Part shown: positions 54,579 to 64,000 of the stretch, piece by piece | How the letters are laid out: the number at the start of each line of letters is the position of its first letter | Numbering within the stretch: the first letter of the stretch is position 1 | IMG/VR virus record: IMGVR_UViG_3300033233_000027 | Span: 13,685-77,684 of that record | DNA length: 64,000 bases | Source of the DNA: a virus | Direction: 5' to 3' (one strand) | Position numbers and translations under genes: made by a program | The notes under the pieces: generated by a model | The model's input: the letters and a program-made list of their open reading frames with translations, nothing else | Databases searched by the model: none | What the model was told of the DNA's origin: nothing

Positions 54579-55061
54579 TCAGTCTCCAACCGACTCAACC
54601 CACTCCTCATCGCCACCATAGTAGGCCAGCCAAGAGATGGCGGCATTCACGATAGCTTCCTGCTGCGCATCTGGATTCATTCGAGCTACATCTATCGCAC
54701 CCACCCTACTATCATCTCTGGAATAGGATCCGCGCTGTCGATTAGTTGGGTTTAGCAGAACTACAAGATCTACAGACGCGCTGCGTTTTGATACCGGCCA
54801 AGTTCTATAGCTCTCTCGGTGCGCTTCGTCATCTGGTTCATCTGCAACCATCCATTCGTGGATTGTCGCGCTGCCTCCTCCAACTTCTACCTCAAGCCCA
54901 CTATTTGGATTCTCTTCACTGGATTGCGCGTAGTAGCGAAAGCTGATATCAGCCAACGCGTCTTCTGTCCATTCCTCAAGTTGTTCTGGCTGAGGACGCG
55001 CTGGGTATGGATCAGTACGCTTTTCCCTGCGACGTGGATCCCAACTCATCTCTCGGGCCAT
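54579..55061 (-). CDS. MAxEMxW-family acidic protein
   Basis: Starts MAREMSWDP. Confidence 0.7.
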   Translation of the reverse strand: MAREMSWDPRRREKRTDPYPARPQPEQLEEWTEDALADISFRYYAQSSEENPNSGLEVEVGGGSATIHEWMVADEPDDEAHRESYRTWPVSKRSASVDLVVLLNPTNRQRGSYSRDDSRVGAIDVARMNPDAQQEAIVNAAISWLAYYGGDEEWVESVGD

Positions 55062-55102
55062 GCGTCAAAGCCCCCTATTCACGAATGATTGCTTCTATGA
55101 CT

Positions 55103-55471
55103 TTACCCCGTCATCGTACCAGAGTTCCAGAGCCAAAGTGCATGATCGACACTCGCCGCATCCGTCCACTCCTCTTCTCCATCACCGAAAATAACTCCAG
55201 CTCTTTTTGCTCTAGGAAAGAATGCTAGGGTAGCTTGGAACTCTGGCATATCTCTTGGGTGTTTCGGAGTAATCCGATAAATCACGGCTTCATATCCGCG
55301 CTTGATTGACTCAGATATGTTGAAGCCAAAATCGTCCGTCATGTACGTTTCGCCTATCTCAGAGTGTGCCAGACTCGGATCAACGCTCGTTTCTTTCAGA
55401 GTGAATGGGGTAGTGAATTCTGGATTTCGATCCCGATATCGACCTTGGCCCCAATTCATCTCCCCCGCCAT
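55103..55471 (-). CDS. MAxEMxW-family protein
   Basis: Starts MAGEMNWGQ. Confidence 0.7.
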   Translation of the reverse strand: MAGEMNWGQGRYRDRNPEFTTPFTLKETSVDPSLAHSEIGETYMTDDFGFNISESIKRGYEAVIYRITPKHPRDMPEFQATLAFFPRAKRAGVIFGDGEEEWTDAASVDHALWLWNSGTMTG

Positions 55472-55504
55472 CCGTCACCTTTCTGTTCTTCTGTGAATCC
55501 ATTT

Positions 55505-55807
55505 CTAAAATGGAACCACGGTAAAAGTGTAGTCTTCTCCAAAGAGACTAATCTTGAACGACTCCATGTGTCTGGAATGAACAACGTTGTCGCGCATAAG
55601 GTCTGCCCTCAAACTATACATGGCTTGCCAGAGGCCCTCTGCCTCTTGGTGATCTTGAGGACCACCGTGAGCTGGATCAACTTGGACAAGTATTGCGATC
55701 GCGTTCAACGCGACGATCCGTTCATCAACTCTTCCCTCTTCAGTACGTCCATGGATCGGGCTGTGTGCCCGATACTTCCTTGACTGCCAAGCCATCTCAC
55801 CCGCCAT
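55505..55807 (-). CDS. MAxEMxW-family protein
   Basis: Starts MAGEMAWQS. Confidence 0.7.
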   Translation of the reverse strand: MAGEMAWQSRKYRAHSPIHGRTEEGRVDERIVALNAIAILVQVDPAHGGPQDHQEAEGLWQAMYSLRADLMRDNVVHSRHMESFKISLFGEDYTFTVVPF

Positions 55808-55832
55808 CCATCACCTTTCCGTTCTTATGTGA

Positions 55833-56177
55833 TTAATTACGCCCAACTTTGGCAATGATTCTTATTGCTTCGTCGAGTTTCTCAGCCATTGGCGTACCCG
55901 GTTCTACAGGCCAATGCTCCTCCAATTCGTACACTATGGAGGCAAGAGAATCTAATAGATCTGGTGAGGCCGCGATGAGGCGAGCGTTGGCACGAGCCCG
56001 CTCCCTGTCACTTGCCCAGGCTTCTGCGGCGATTTTGTCGCCAGAATCTGCGTTATCTGCCCAGATTGCGATACGCCATGTGTCGCCATCACGGAATTCG
56101 TGTACTGAGTTACCGAGATGCCACGGCTTAGGGGTGATGTTATACCTTGTAGGATCCCAACTCATCTCTTCTGCCAT
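55833..56177 (-). CDS. MAxEMxW-family protein
   Basis: Starts MAEEMSWDP; body has the TPKPW...ANARLIAASPDLL phage motif. Confidence 0.7.
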   Translation of the reverse strand: MAEEMSWDPTRYNITPKPWHLGNSVHEFRDGDTWRIAIWADNADSGDKIAAEAWASDRERARANARLIAASPDLLDSLASIVYELEEHWPVEPGTPMAEKLDEAIRIIAKVGRN

Positions 56178-56212
56178 CGCATCTCCCTATTCGTATTTCC
56201 GCTCTTTAGCGA

Positions 56213-56497
56213 CTAGTTGGTCTGTTCCATGTACGTCTTTACCAAGGAATCCATCGCCTTCCTAGCACTGGGGAATGGTATTACGAACTGGTCGCTCTTG
56301 TCCTCGCTGTAGATGACGATGTCGCTCGGCTCATTCAATTCGTCTGGTGTTTCAGCTATGCCATGGGAGATTAGATACGCCTCCCAGCCATCGCGTAGTT
56401 TCTTATAGACGAAGTCATTGTTTCCTCCAGTCCCAATCCAGCCAAGCCCAACCTTGTGCGCATAGTTCAGGATCTCTTCAGTGATATTCGGCTCCAT
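56213..56497 (-). CDS. hypothetical protein
   Basis: GAGGAGG RBS; TGGNND motif. Confidence 0.6.
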   Translation of the reverse strand: MEPNITEEILNYAHKVGLGWIGTGGNNDFVYKKLRDGWEAYLISHGIAETPDELNEPSDIVIYSEDKSDQFVIPFPSARKAMDSLVKTYMEQTN

Positions 56498-56535
56498 TGC
56501 ATCCCTCCTCTTCTGTGCTTCGGATTTCCACGATT

Positions 56536-59500
56536 CTACGCCTTCGCTGTCGTAGCTAGAAACTCTCTCTGCCCGCTCGTCTCCGCATTGTACTGTAGCG
56601 TTGGCTTCCTAGTGCAGACCCACCGCTCTCCTCCCTTGACCCACCGATTGAAGAATTCCCAATCGTGACTATAGCCTGCCTCCTGGCGATCCTTCCACCA
56701 GCCGTACTTCAAGATGAGATCCTTCTGGTGAAGAATGCATGAGGTGTCGATCCCCTGATGCTTCGGCTCAGTAAACTTCATGTCTACCTCTCCGACCAGC
56801 ATAGAGGAGAATCCGAATGTCGCCCCATTACGCCGCATTGCGTCATAGATGCTTGAGATGTGGTCTGGCGTGATGGCGTTATCGTCGTCACAATAGGCGA
56901 TGAACTCTCCAGCAGCCATCATGATGCCGAAGTTTCTCGGCACAGCTCCGCCTGCTCCATGATTCTTCGGAAGATTTAATGCTCGTACCCGTGGAGACTC
57001 TGGCGAATCGAGCGTTGGGTCTCTATCTCCTACAACGACGATCTCAAGGTTCGCGTAGTCCTGGGCTAGAGCGGAACTCACGGCCCGCTTCAGAAGCTCT
57101 GGGCGCTTGTAGGTAGGAATCACAACGGAAACCAGGGGCCCTAGTGTAAGTTTCTCAATCCTTGGATCGTCCATTCTATCGTAGTCAAGGATCGGCCACT
57201 CCTTGCTGATCTCTTTCCTATACTGTGCATCTGTAAAGTACGGTTCTTCCACCGCCAGAGTATCGTATAGGGTTGAGGCTCCCTGTCGGCGACCATCTTC
57301 GTGAAGCGCAAGGATGTGATTGATCTTTGCGTTCACAATGATCGCCTGCTCCTGTGAGCCGACAAGTTTTTCGTGAACCTTGAAGATCCACTGGATCTGT
57401 GCGCGATTACGCCAGAGGAATGGCTTTGGGACGAAGTCACGCACCGATCCATCTCCATAGGTAGCCTGGAGAGGAGCAAGGAAGATGTCTTTCTCAGTAC
57501 GGAATACCATCTCCTTCATGTGCTGGACGGTATTGCTATCCAGTCTCTCGTCAGGATCGAGCATGATGATCCAGTCCGCTCCTTGTCCGAACTGTGTGAT
57601 GGCCAGATTTCTTGCCTGAGCGAAGTTCGCGAATGCTCCACGCTCAACTCGCACACCGATGGATGTTGCGATCTCCACCGTTCTGTCCTTGGAGCCAGTG
57701 TCGAATAGGCACCAATCTCGCGTGACGGTTGAGAACTGCTCAAAGTAGCCCCTGATCCCCGCCTCTTCGTTCTTGGAGATCGCGATGACTCGGATCTTCG
57801 GGTGCTTCTGTCGGAAGATCTCTCCATTCCGACTCATGACAGTCTGCACATCCTCCCTGAGTGCCTTGAATGTCGCATGGCGTTCGTGCTCGACGTACGT
57901 TCCTCCGACGACTGTGCATCCGTAGCCAAGAGAACTGGCTCGAGCACAGATGTCATCATCCTCGTAGGTATCAAGCCTAGGATCAAACCCCCTAAGCGTC
58001 CGATACAGATCAGTAGGAAGCATCACGCATACCCCGACGACCATCTCAGGATGCAGACTCTCGTTCGGAACCTGTGACCGTTCACGGTCCCCCTGGGGTG
58101 GTTTTGCCCTATTGCAATATGGCGCCACCAATGGATACTTTTCACTTATCGCTGCGAATAGCTTCTTTGGCGTGTCGTCTACAAAGCAACTGTCGTCATT
58201 CATGATGCAGATGACTTTGCGTGTAGCCTCCATGGCTCCGCGGTTACAACCAGCCGCAAACCGGAGATTCATCTCAAGCCGTACAACCTTGTCCGCTAGT
58301 TTCATGGCTTCAGGCAGTGGCTCGCACCCGTTGGCAACGAGAATGATCTCCGACCTAGGAGAGAATTCCCTGATGGACTTCAGGCAGCGGATGGCGAGCT
58401 CGCTTGGAACTGCCGTTGGTACGACATAGCTGATCTGAGCCGTATCCTCTGGAATCCTGATAACTCCGAGGCCATTGCAGTTCTTGCGAAGTTCTATTTG
58501 AAGGCCTCTGGCTGAGGTGAACTCAATAGCAGCCTTCTTCACGTCTGGGAAACTCTCCGTGTCGTGCATAAGGATCAATCCGCCTGGTCGAACGCGTGGA
58601 GCCCAGGTTGCCAATTCCTTCTTCACCCTTGCGTACGTATGCTCAGAGTCGATGAAGAGGACATCAAGCTGTTCCGGTAGACCAGCCTTCTGAAGGCTGT
58701 CCACATCAGCGGAATCGCATGCCACGAACTGCCAGAGAGGATGGCCTCGCCACGCGTCAGCGTAGGATGGATCCACGTCGACGCTCCAGACTTTTCCTCC
58801 ACGCCTCTCCACGCCTTTCAGGAGAGCTTCTGTGCTTGAGCCTTCTCGAGATCCAAGTTCCAGCACAATACCTTTTGCGGAAGCCTCAATCTCTGGGAGA
58901 TGTTCGTGGATGTTTGGGTAATCCCTCCGCTCAGGACCAGTACGGGTCAGCGTTCGGAGCAGACGCATCGTATCCAGAAGCCCATCCATGCGACCGAAGC
59001 CCTCATGGGCGAGGAGTGGAGCATCCTGTGGCAGCGTGAAGCATTTCCCACCAGATGCCTTTGTCTTCTTGCAGGCCAGCCAATCGTATCCATGCCATAC
59101 GAACGGTTTTCCAGGCACATCCCAAGACCACGCCTGATCCACGGCGACAAGGCAGAAGCCATCAAGCCAAGATACTTCCTTGGCCTCCTTGGAGAGTTCC
59201 ACTGTCTTGGAAGCGGTTCCGTCCTTGAAGGACTGGATATATCTGCCGGCGTGCGGTTTCGATTCCCACCATGGGCCATTGTCCAGAGCGTCAGGAGCCG
59301 CACTACCACACGGGCCGTGTAGGCCAGGCTGTAGCTTGGCGACCACACTGACGAACGCAGGAAAATCGTTGAATAGTACGTCATCGTGGACGTAGACGAT
59401 CCTGCGCCTATCCTTCCAGAACAGACGGCCTTCTTCGTAGGCTTCAAGGATTCCCTTTGCGCCTACCTTGACGAAGACATCCTGGTTAGGAAGTCTGCCC

Positions 59501-60696
59501 TTGATCCTTTCAGCATCCTTCTCGCTTCTGGATGCGATCACGAAGCATGGCTTATCTGAGGTGGCTTCAGCCACAGGGACTTGCCCCTGTGTCCCAATTC
59601 TCTTGTCATGATGCTTCTTGAACTCTGCCGCACGATAGTTCTGGCCTAGGGCTAAATGGTCTTGGATCGACTTGTTGCGCGTGAAGGTGGTATTTTGGTA
59701 GCCATCTCTAAAACGGTATGCGTACAAAAATTTGTCGATATGATGGCATTTGGAGTAGAGGTAAAATCTTGAGTAGACGTCCCAATCATCTGCCACGGGT
59801 AAGGATGGGTTATAGCCGCCAAGTTCAAACAGTGTCTTGGCCCGGTAGGCCCTTACATGGTTGGGCCCAACAGTTAGGGTAAAGGCGTTCTGCTCATTCC
59901 AGTTCTGTCCCCAACTGCCGTAAATGTCGTGATTGATGCATTCGAGCCACCTCTTCCCCCGGTACTCTATCTCTCGATACTTGTCCTGGAAATGCTCAAA
60001 TGGAAACCGATGGGCACTGCCATCCTCAAAGAAGTTTGCGCAATTGGAGTAGACCATGCCTATTTCAGGGTCGGAGTCGAACGCCTTTCGTATTTCTTCC
60101 AGGGCGAAATCAGTCAGAAAATCGTCATGGTCTAATTCAACTAGGTAGGCACCCTTTGACAGCCTTGTCGCGAGATCCTTTACGCCCCCGATTTTACCGA
60201 TGCTTTTCCCACTACGGAATGGCCGTACCCGAATGTCTTCCTTGGCGAACGCTTCTAATCGCTCCCAAGTTCCATCCGTGGAGTGATCGTCGACGCAAAC
60301 CCATTCCCAATTCTTGTAGGTCTGTTCGATCAACGATTGGTATGCCTCCCGCAGATAGTCTCCGGTGTTATATGTACCCGTGTAAACGGAGATCAATGGA
60401 TTCTGCTTCTGGAACTGATGCTCTCCCCAGAGATTGGAGGAATAGCAGCTCTCAATGGCTTGTATGACCGCATCAACCTTCGCATTCGGATCAACATGAA
60501 TCCATTTCTTGCGGATATCGAATGCGCACCCCATCAGGACTCCTGGGGTGAACGTAGAAGTCACCAAAACGTCTGGCTGAAAAGTGGCTATCGTTGAGAA
60601 GATGGAACTCGTCTTGTCCAGATGTCTTGCTTCATAGTCCTTGGGAAGCTGAAACGCTTTCCCAATAGTCAACACCTTCACGCCAGCAGTGGTCAC
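56536..60696 (-). CDS. multidomain glycosyltransferase (about five GT2/GT-A domains plus class I SAM methyltransferase)
   Basis: DDHSTD/LDHDD; HDDV; ELGSREGSS...FIDSEH; MNDD; KNEE...LDPDE; VVIPTYKRP...CDDD. Confidence 0.9.
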   Translation of the reverse strand: MTTAGVKVLTIGKAFQLPKDYEARHLDKTSSIFSTIATFQPDVLVTSTFTPGVLMGCAFDIRKKWIHVDPNAKVDAVIQAIESCYSSNLWGEHQFQKQNPLISVYTGTYNTGDYLREAYQSLIEQTYKNWEWVCVDDHSTDGTWERLEAFAKEDIRVRPFRSGKSIGKIGGVKDLATRLSKGAYLVELDHDDFLTDFALEEIRKAFDSDPEIGMVYSNCANFFEDGSAHRFPFEHFQDKYREIEYRGKRWLECINHDIYGSWGQNWNEQNAFTLTVGPNHVRAYRAKTLFELGGYNPSLPVADDWDVYSRFYLYSKCHHIDKFLYAYRFRDGYQNTTFTRNKSIQDHLALGQNYRAAEFKKHHDKRIGTQGQVPVAEATSDKPCFVIASRSEKDAERIKGRLPNQDVFVKVGAKGILEAYEEGRLFWKDRRRIVYVHDDVLFNDFPAFVSVVAKLQPGLHGPCGSAAPDALDNGPWWESKPHAGRYIQSFKDGTASKTVELSKEAKEVSWLDGFCLVAVDQAWSWDVPGKPFVWHGYDWLACKKTKASGGKCFTLPQDAPLLAHEGFGRMDGLLDTMRLLRTLTRTGPERRDYPNIHEHLPEIEASAKGIVLELGSREGSSTEALLKGVERRGGKVWSVDVDPSYADAWRGHPLWQFVACDSADVDSLQKAGLPEQLDVLFIDSEHTYARVKKELATWAPRVRPGGLILMHDTESFPDVKKAAIEFTSARGLQIELRKNCNGLGVIRIPEDTAQISYVVPTAVPSELAIRCLKSIREFSPRSEIILVANGCEPLPEAMKLADKVVRLEMNLRFAAGCNRGAMEATRKVICIMNDDSCFVDDTPKKLFAAISEKYPLVAPYCNRAKPPQGDRERSQVPNESLHPEMVVGVCVMLPTDLYRTLRGFDPRLDTYEDDDICARASSLGYGCTVVGGTYVEHERHATFKALREDVQTVMSRNGEIFRQKHPKIRVIAISKNEEAGIRGYFEQFSTVTRDWCLFDTGSKDRTVEIATSIGVRVERGAFANFAQARNLAITQFGQGADWIIMLDPDERLDSNTVQHMKEMVFRTEKDIFLAPLQATYGDGSVRDFVPKPFLWRNRAQIQWIFKVHEKLVGSQEQAIIVNAKINHILALHEDGRRQGASTLYDTLAVEEPYFTDAQYRKEISKEWPILDYDRMDDPRIEKLTLGPLVSVVIPTYKRPELLKRAVSSALAQDYANLEIVVVGDRDPTLDSPESPRVRALNLPKNHGAGGAVPRNFGIMMAAGEFIAYCDDDNAITPDHISSIYDAMRRNGATFGFSSMLVGEVDMKFTEPKHQGIDTSCILHQKDLILKYGWWKDRQEAGYSHDWEFFNRWVKGGERWVCTRKPTLQYNAETSGQREFLATTAKA

Positions 60697-60706
60697 GTTT
60701 TGATTC

Positions 60707-61015
60707 CTATTTGAACATGGGAGGCATCAGGCCTATCCCAATCAGGTAAGAAGCCAGTTCGTCCTCTCCATCAGGCAGATCTGCACGTCCCGTTGGAGTA
60801 TCTACGTCTACGTTTTCAGTGACGATAAACTGATCTCCTGCGTTTGGAATCGTCTGTAGACCTACAGACATTCCATTTCTTACCGTTACGTAGGTGTTGT
60901 ACTGCACGGTGCAGTTAATGTCCATAACGGCTACAGCTACAACGGACTCATCTGGCCCATCGACCGAATGCCAGCACTGGATGAACCGATCTATCAGGAA
61001 TAGGTAGATTGTCAT
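60707..61015 (-). CDS. hypothetical protein (possible fibre-associated)
   Basis: Coupled to the 694-aa gene. Confidence 0.55.
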   Translation of the reverse strand: MTIYLFLIDRFIQCWHSVDGPDESVVAVAVMDINCTVQYNTYVTVRNGMSVGLQTIPNAGDQFIVTENVDVDTPTGRADLPDGEDELASYLIGIGLMPPMFK

Positions 61016-63096
61016 GCCAAACCATTCGCAAGAACTGCCAAGATCTCAGATCCAAACTGGATGAAGCCGAGGGTGCCAGAAACTCTAAGGATTCTTCCAA
61101 GTCTCAGCTTTTGGTTTACCCCAACGATGGCTGGAATCGTGTCCTGCGCATTTCCCGCTGTGGCCGTAGAGAGGTAGGCAATGTTTCCTGCTGTTGGTCC
61201 AGCATCAAACTGTACCCACGTTCCAGCACCATTGACCAGCATGGTTTGCTGGGCGGTTGCGGCTGTCGACGCTGATTGCGTCACCCCGCAAGCGATTGCC
61301 GTAGCGGCAGCACTTGCAATGGCCGCTCGCACTACTCCGCTCGCAGTAGGACGAACGATCTTGTATTGCCCTATGTCGGCGTTTCCGTCATTAGATGCGA
61401 TGGTCGTAGGTCCGACAATAGAACCTGCGGTTCCTTGGATGTGGTTTCCGCCTCCATCCCTAAGATCCGTCCTTGCGTAGTCTGCGTGTACATACGTTGG
61501 TCCAGTCGCGCCGCCTGGGAAGGCTAGGATGTCGCTTCCTGCGGCTCCTGCGAACGTATTGGTTGCCAGTACCCCCATGGCAATGTGGGCATCTCTAGCT
61601 AATGACAGATCCAAACCTGCGCCAGTATTCCCTGTAGTTCCAACTACGTCATCGATCCTGATTCTCGATCCCGTCCCACGGATCGCCATGCACGGACTGG
61701 CACCCATTCCTGTGATGTCTACTCCGTAGATGTGTCCATCCGTGAAGGACATGCTGATCCCAGTAGTGGTAGAGCCAGTTGGAGCTAGAATTCGTAGGCG
61801 CTGGGCTGTGGTCGAGTTTAATCTGCCGATTGTGTTCGTGCCGAACACATTCCCCTCACCGGACGCTCCAGTTCCACTCGCCTGAATCAGAACTCCAGAG
61901 AAGCAATAAGAGCCAGCCCCTAGAGTGCTGGCAAGAGTAGTAGTAACTTGAATTCTACCTAGCGTTGCACCTGGCCCGACAAACGCTGAGGTGTTTATCA
62001 GCAGGAAGTGACCGCGGTTCGCGTTTACCCCACCGATGGCCCTAGCGCCGACTCCACTAGTAATGGTCGTTCCCGTTTCATCAACGTACGTCGGGACGAT
62101 TCGTACATCACCAAAATCATTGATGCTGTATGCCGTGAACGCATTCGACGCTCCATCGACGAAGTTCAGCATACATATCGATGGGCCTTGGATGGATCCT
62201 GCGGCTCCTCCACCTGTATTGGTTGTTCGTATTCCTGCGATCTGAATTCCTTGCAGATTGAATCCAGTCGGAGCTTGCTGATCGTTCGGCATCGTAGACT
62301 TGACAGAGATGTTGTCTACGGATACCCCAGGCTCTTCGATATAGAAGACATCTGTTCCGACTGGGACTGCTGGCAGGGCGTTCGCAACGGTGATGTTGGA
62401 TGCCGTGTTGGCCCATATCATGGAGGTAGCGTTTCTCAGAGCTACCGTAGTGGTCGTAGAGTTGAAGCGAACTCGCTTCCCAACCAAGGCAGGCTCCGCA
62501 GCAAGCCCTGGAGCGCCGCCTCCGCTTAGGACCAGATCAAACTGTGACGCAGAGATGACTCCCGATGGGTTGTACCCAGCAACATTTGTTCCAGCCACCA
62601 GTTGTGCGCCAAGATAAATCTTGTCCGCAGTATCGTTTGCAAACGCTACACTACTAGCAGTGGCCGCAGTTTCGGTTCCGCGAATCAGCAGATGAAAGTA
62701 CCCGTAGAAGCCATGCACTGGAATCGAATCAGCAGTAACTCCATCTTTCTTTAGGTATCCTGCCCCGGCAGCACGTCTCTTGATCGCCACTACTCCGATT
62801 TGCCCCTGACCCAATGCTGGAAGTCTAGTGAAAAGTTCCTCAAGTGTTTTTAGGGCTTTCGTTCCTGAGTCAGGCATTGAGGTGTCTGAAAAACCTATAT
62901 TTTCATCCGATCCACCATCGTAGTCGACCGCATAGTACCTAGTGCCAATCCAGTCAGCTGCGATTGTGTTCCGGGCATGAACAAGCTCTCCCTCAAGTCC
63001 GTTGCTCTCTCCAGGAGTAGTTACGGATGAGCCGAGTCCAGCTACGATCTGGACACCTTCAGCCACTATTGGCTTATTGAGATTTCTTTGGGACAT
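61012..63096 (-). CDS. G/T/A-rich fibre/spike protein (beta-helix-like centre, capsid-decoration-like C-terminus)
   Basis: Repetitive beta pattern; C-terminal GVTQSAS...TAGNIAYLSTATAG. Confidence 0.65.
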   Translation of the reverse strand: MSQRNLNKPIVAEGVQIVAGLGSSVTTPGESNGLEGELVHARNTIAADWIGTRYYAVDYDGGSDENIGFSDTSMPDSGTKALKTLEELFTRLPALGQGQIGVVAIKRRAAGAGYLKKDGVTADSIPVHGFYGYFHLLIRGTETAATASSVAFANDTADKIYLGAQLVAGTNVAGYNPSGVISASQFDLVLSGGGAPGLAAEPALVGKRVRFNSTTTTVALRNATSMIWANTASNITVANALPAVPVGTDVFYIEEPGVSVDNISVKSTMPNDQQAPTGFNLQGIQIAGIRTTNTGGGAAGSIQGPSICMLNFVDGASNAFTAYSINDFGDVRIVPTYVDETGTTITSGVGARAIGGVNANRGHFLLINTSAFVGPGATLGRIQVTTTLASTLGAGSYCFSGVLIQASGTGASGEGNVFGTNTIGRLNSTTAQRLRILAPTGSTTTGISMSFTDGHIYGVDITGMGASPCMAIRGTGSRIRIDDVVGTTGNTGAGLDLSLARDAHIAMGVLATNTFAGAAGSDILAFPGGATGPTYVHADYARTDLRDGGGNHIQGTAGSIVGPTTIASNDGNADIGQYKIVRPTASGVVRAAIASAAATAIACGVTQSASTAATAQQTMLVNGAGTWVQFDAGPTAGNIAYLSTATAGNAQDTIPAIVGVNQKLRLGRILRVSGTLGFIQFGSEILAVLANGLA

Positions 63097-64000
63097 TAGC
63101 CTATCGTCACTTGGTAGTTCTGAATGTAGGTTGTGTTTGGTGCCCCACTGTTTGATGCCGTTATCTTGACAAAGGTAACACCCGCACCTGGGTTTGCAAA
63201 GGCTGCTCCGAGAACATTTTGAGCATCTCCAGCAGCAGCTGTAACGGCTGAAGACAAAGTAGCTTGAACTGTTCCATCCGCAGTATTGCTCGTTCCTCCT
63301 GTGCGCACATTATATGTACCTGTTCCACCAGATACTCTCAACAAGGCTGAGAAACGAACGGCGATTGTGGCTGGAAGTGCAGAAAACTCTGCGATGTACT
63401 GGTCTATTACGCTCTCAGTTGTTCCATGGGTACTACCGAGAGCTTCTTGACTTACTTGGAAATCAGAATTATTGGGGCCTTGGCGCCCTTGATTTCCTTG
63501 CGGACCCTGCGGGCCTTGAGGCCCTTGGAATCCTTGTCTGCCTTGATTTCCCTGATTTCCTTGCGGACCTTGAACTCCTTGGAATCCCTGGTTGCCTTGG
63601 TTCCCCTGATTTCCCTGCGGCCCTTGAACGCCTTGGAAGCCTTGGTTCCCTTGCGGTCCCTGAACTCCCTGTGATCCCTGGAAGCCCTGATTGCCTTGGT
63701 TCCCCTGATTTCCCTGCGGCCCTTGAACTCCTTGGAAGCCTTGGTTCCCTTGCGGTCCCTGAACTCCCTGTGATCCCTGGAAGCCCTGATTGCCTTGGTT
63801 CCCCTGATTTCCCTGCGGACCTTGAACTCCTTGGAAACCTTGGTTGCCTTGGTTGCCTTGGTTCCCTTGCGGTCCCTGAACGCCTTGTGATCCTTGGAAG
63901 CCCTGGTTTCCTTGGTTTCCCTGGTTCCCTTGCGGCCCTTGCTCTCCTTGTGGCCCCTGTTCGCCTTGTGGCCCCTGTTCGCCTTGTGGTCCCTGGAAGC
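63096..64000 (-). CDS. collagen-like fibre protein (5'-truncated by the window)
   Basis: Frame stays open through GNQ/GPQ/GFQ/GVQ triplets to the window end; C-terminal beta head. Confidence 0.85.
   Translation of the reverse strand, partial: FQGPQGEQGPQGEQGPQGEQGPQGNQGNQGNQGFQGSQGVQGPQGNQGNQGNQGFQGVQGPQGNQGNQGNQGFQGSQGVQGPQGNQGFQGVQGPQGNQGNQGNQGFQGSQGVQGPQGNQGFQGVQGPQGNQGNQGNQGFQGVQGPQGNQGNQGRQGFQGPQGPQGPQGNQGRQGPNNSDFQVSQEALGSTHGTTESVIDQYIAEFSALPATIAVRFSALLRVSGGTGTYNVRTGGTSNTADGTVQATLSSAVTAAAGDAQNVLGAAFANPGAGVTFVKITASNSGAPNTTYIQNYQVTIG

Noticed and set aside
1-64000. CRISPR array, rRNA, IS/transposase, DGR/retron reverse transcriptase
   Set aside because: I saw no regularly spaced repeat-spacer units, rRNA-like sequence, DDE motifs or YxDD RT motifs

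Overview
The window looks like a 64-kb segment of a temperate dsDNA prokaryotic virus (or provirus), truncated at both ends. It has phage-like gene density and two large convergent blocks: + strand ~1.3-28.7 kb and - strand ~28.75-64 kb. Recognisable modules: (i) a lambdoid-style replication unit (initiator with internal iterons plus DnaB helicase); (ii) lipid/sugar auxiliary genes (His-box fatty-acid hydroxylase/desaturase, NTP-transferase, a GT2, and a 1386-aa multi-GT2/methyltransferase); (iii) a ~20-kb putative virion operon (8.5-28.7 kb) with no terminase, portal, HK97 capsid or tail genes that I can recognise. It instead has a transglutaminase-like Cys-His-Asp enzyme, a beta-rich candidate jelly-roll capsid protein, about a dozen tail-anchored membrane proteins and small basic proteins, many sharing a Pro/Arg-rich leader ending in LG or MG; (iv) a long accessory region with three tRNAs (Gln-UUG, Ile-UAU, Pro-UGG), HNH nucleases, a C5 methylase with a nested out-of-frame ORF, a tyrosine recombinase, a YukD-type ubiquitin-like protein, a catalytically dead transglutaminase paralogue and a five-gene MAxEMxW array; (v) collagen-like and beta-rich fibre genes. 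The most novel signals are the putative LG-leader/cysteine-protease maturation system of a non-tailed membrane virus, four promoters whose transcript 5' ends pair with a downstream hairpin, and the MAxEMxW-tagged array. All family assignments are from motifs recognised by eye; no database searches were run.
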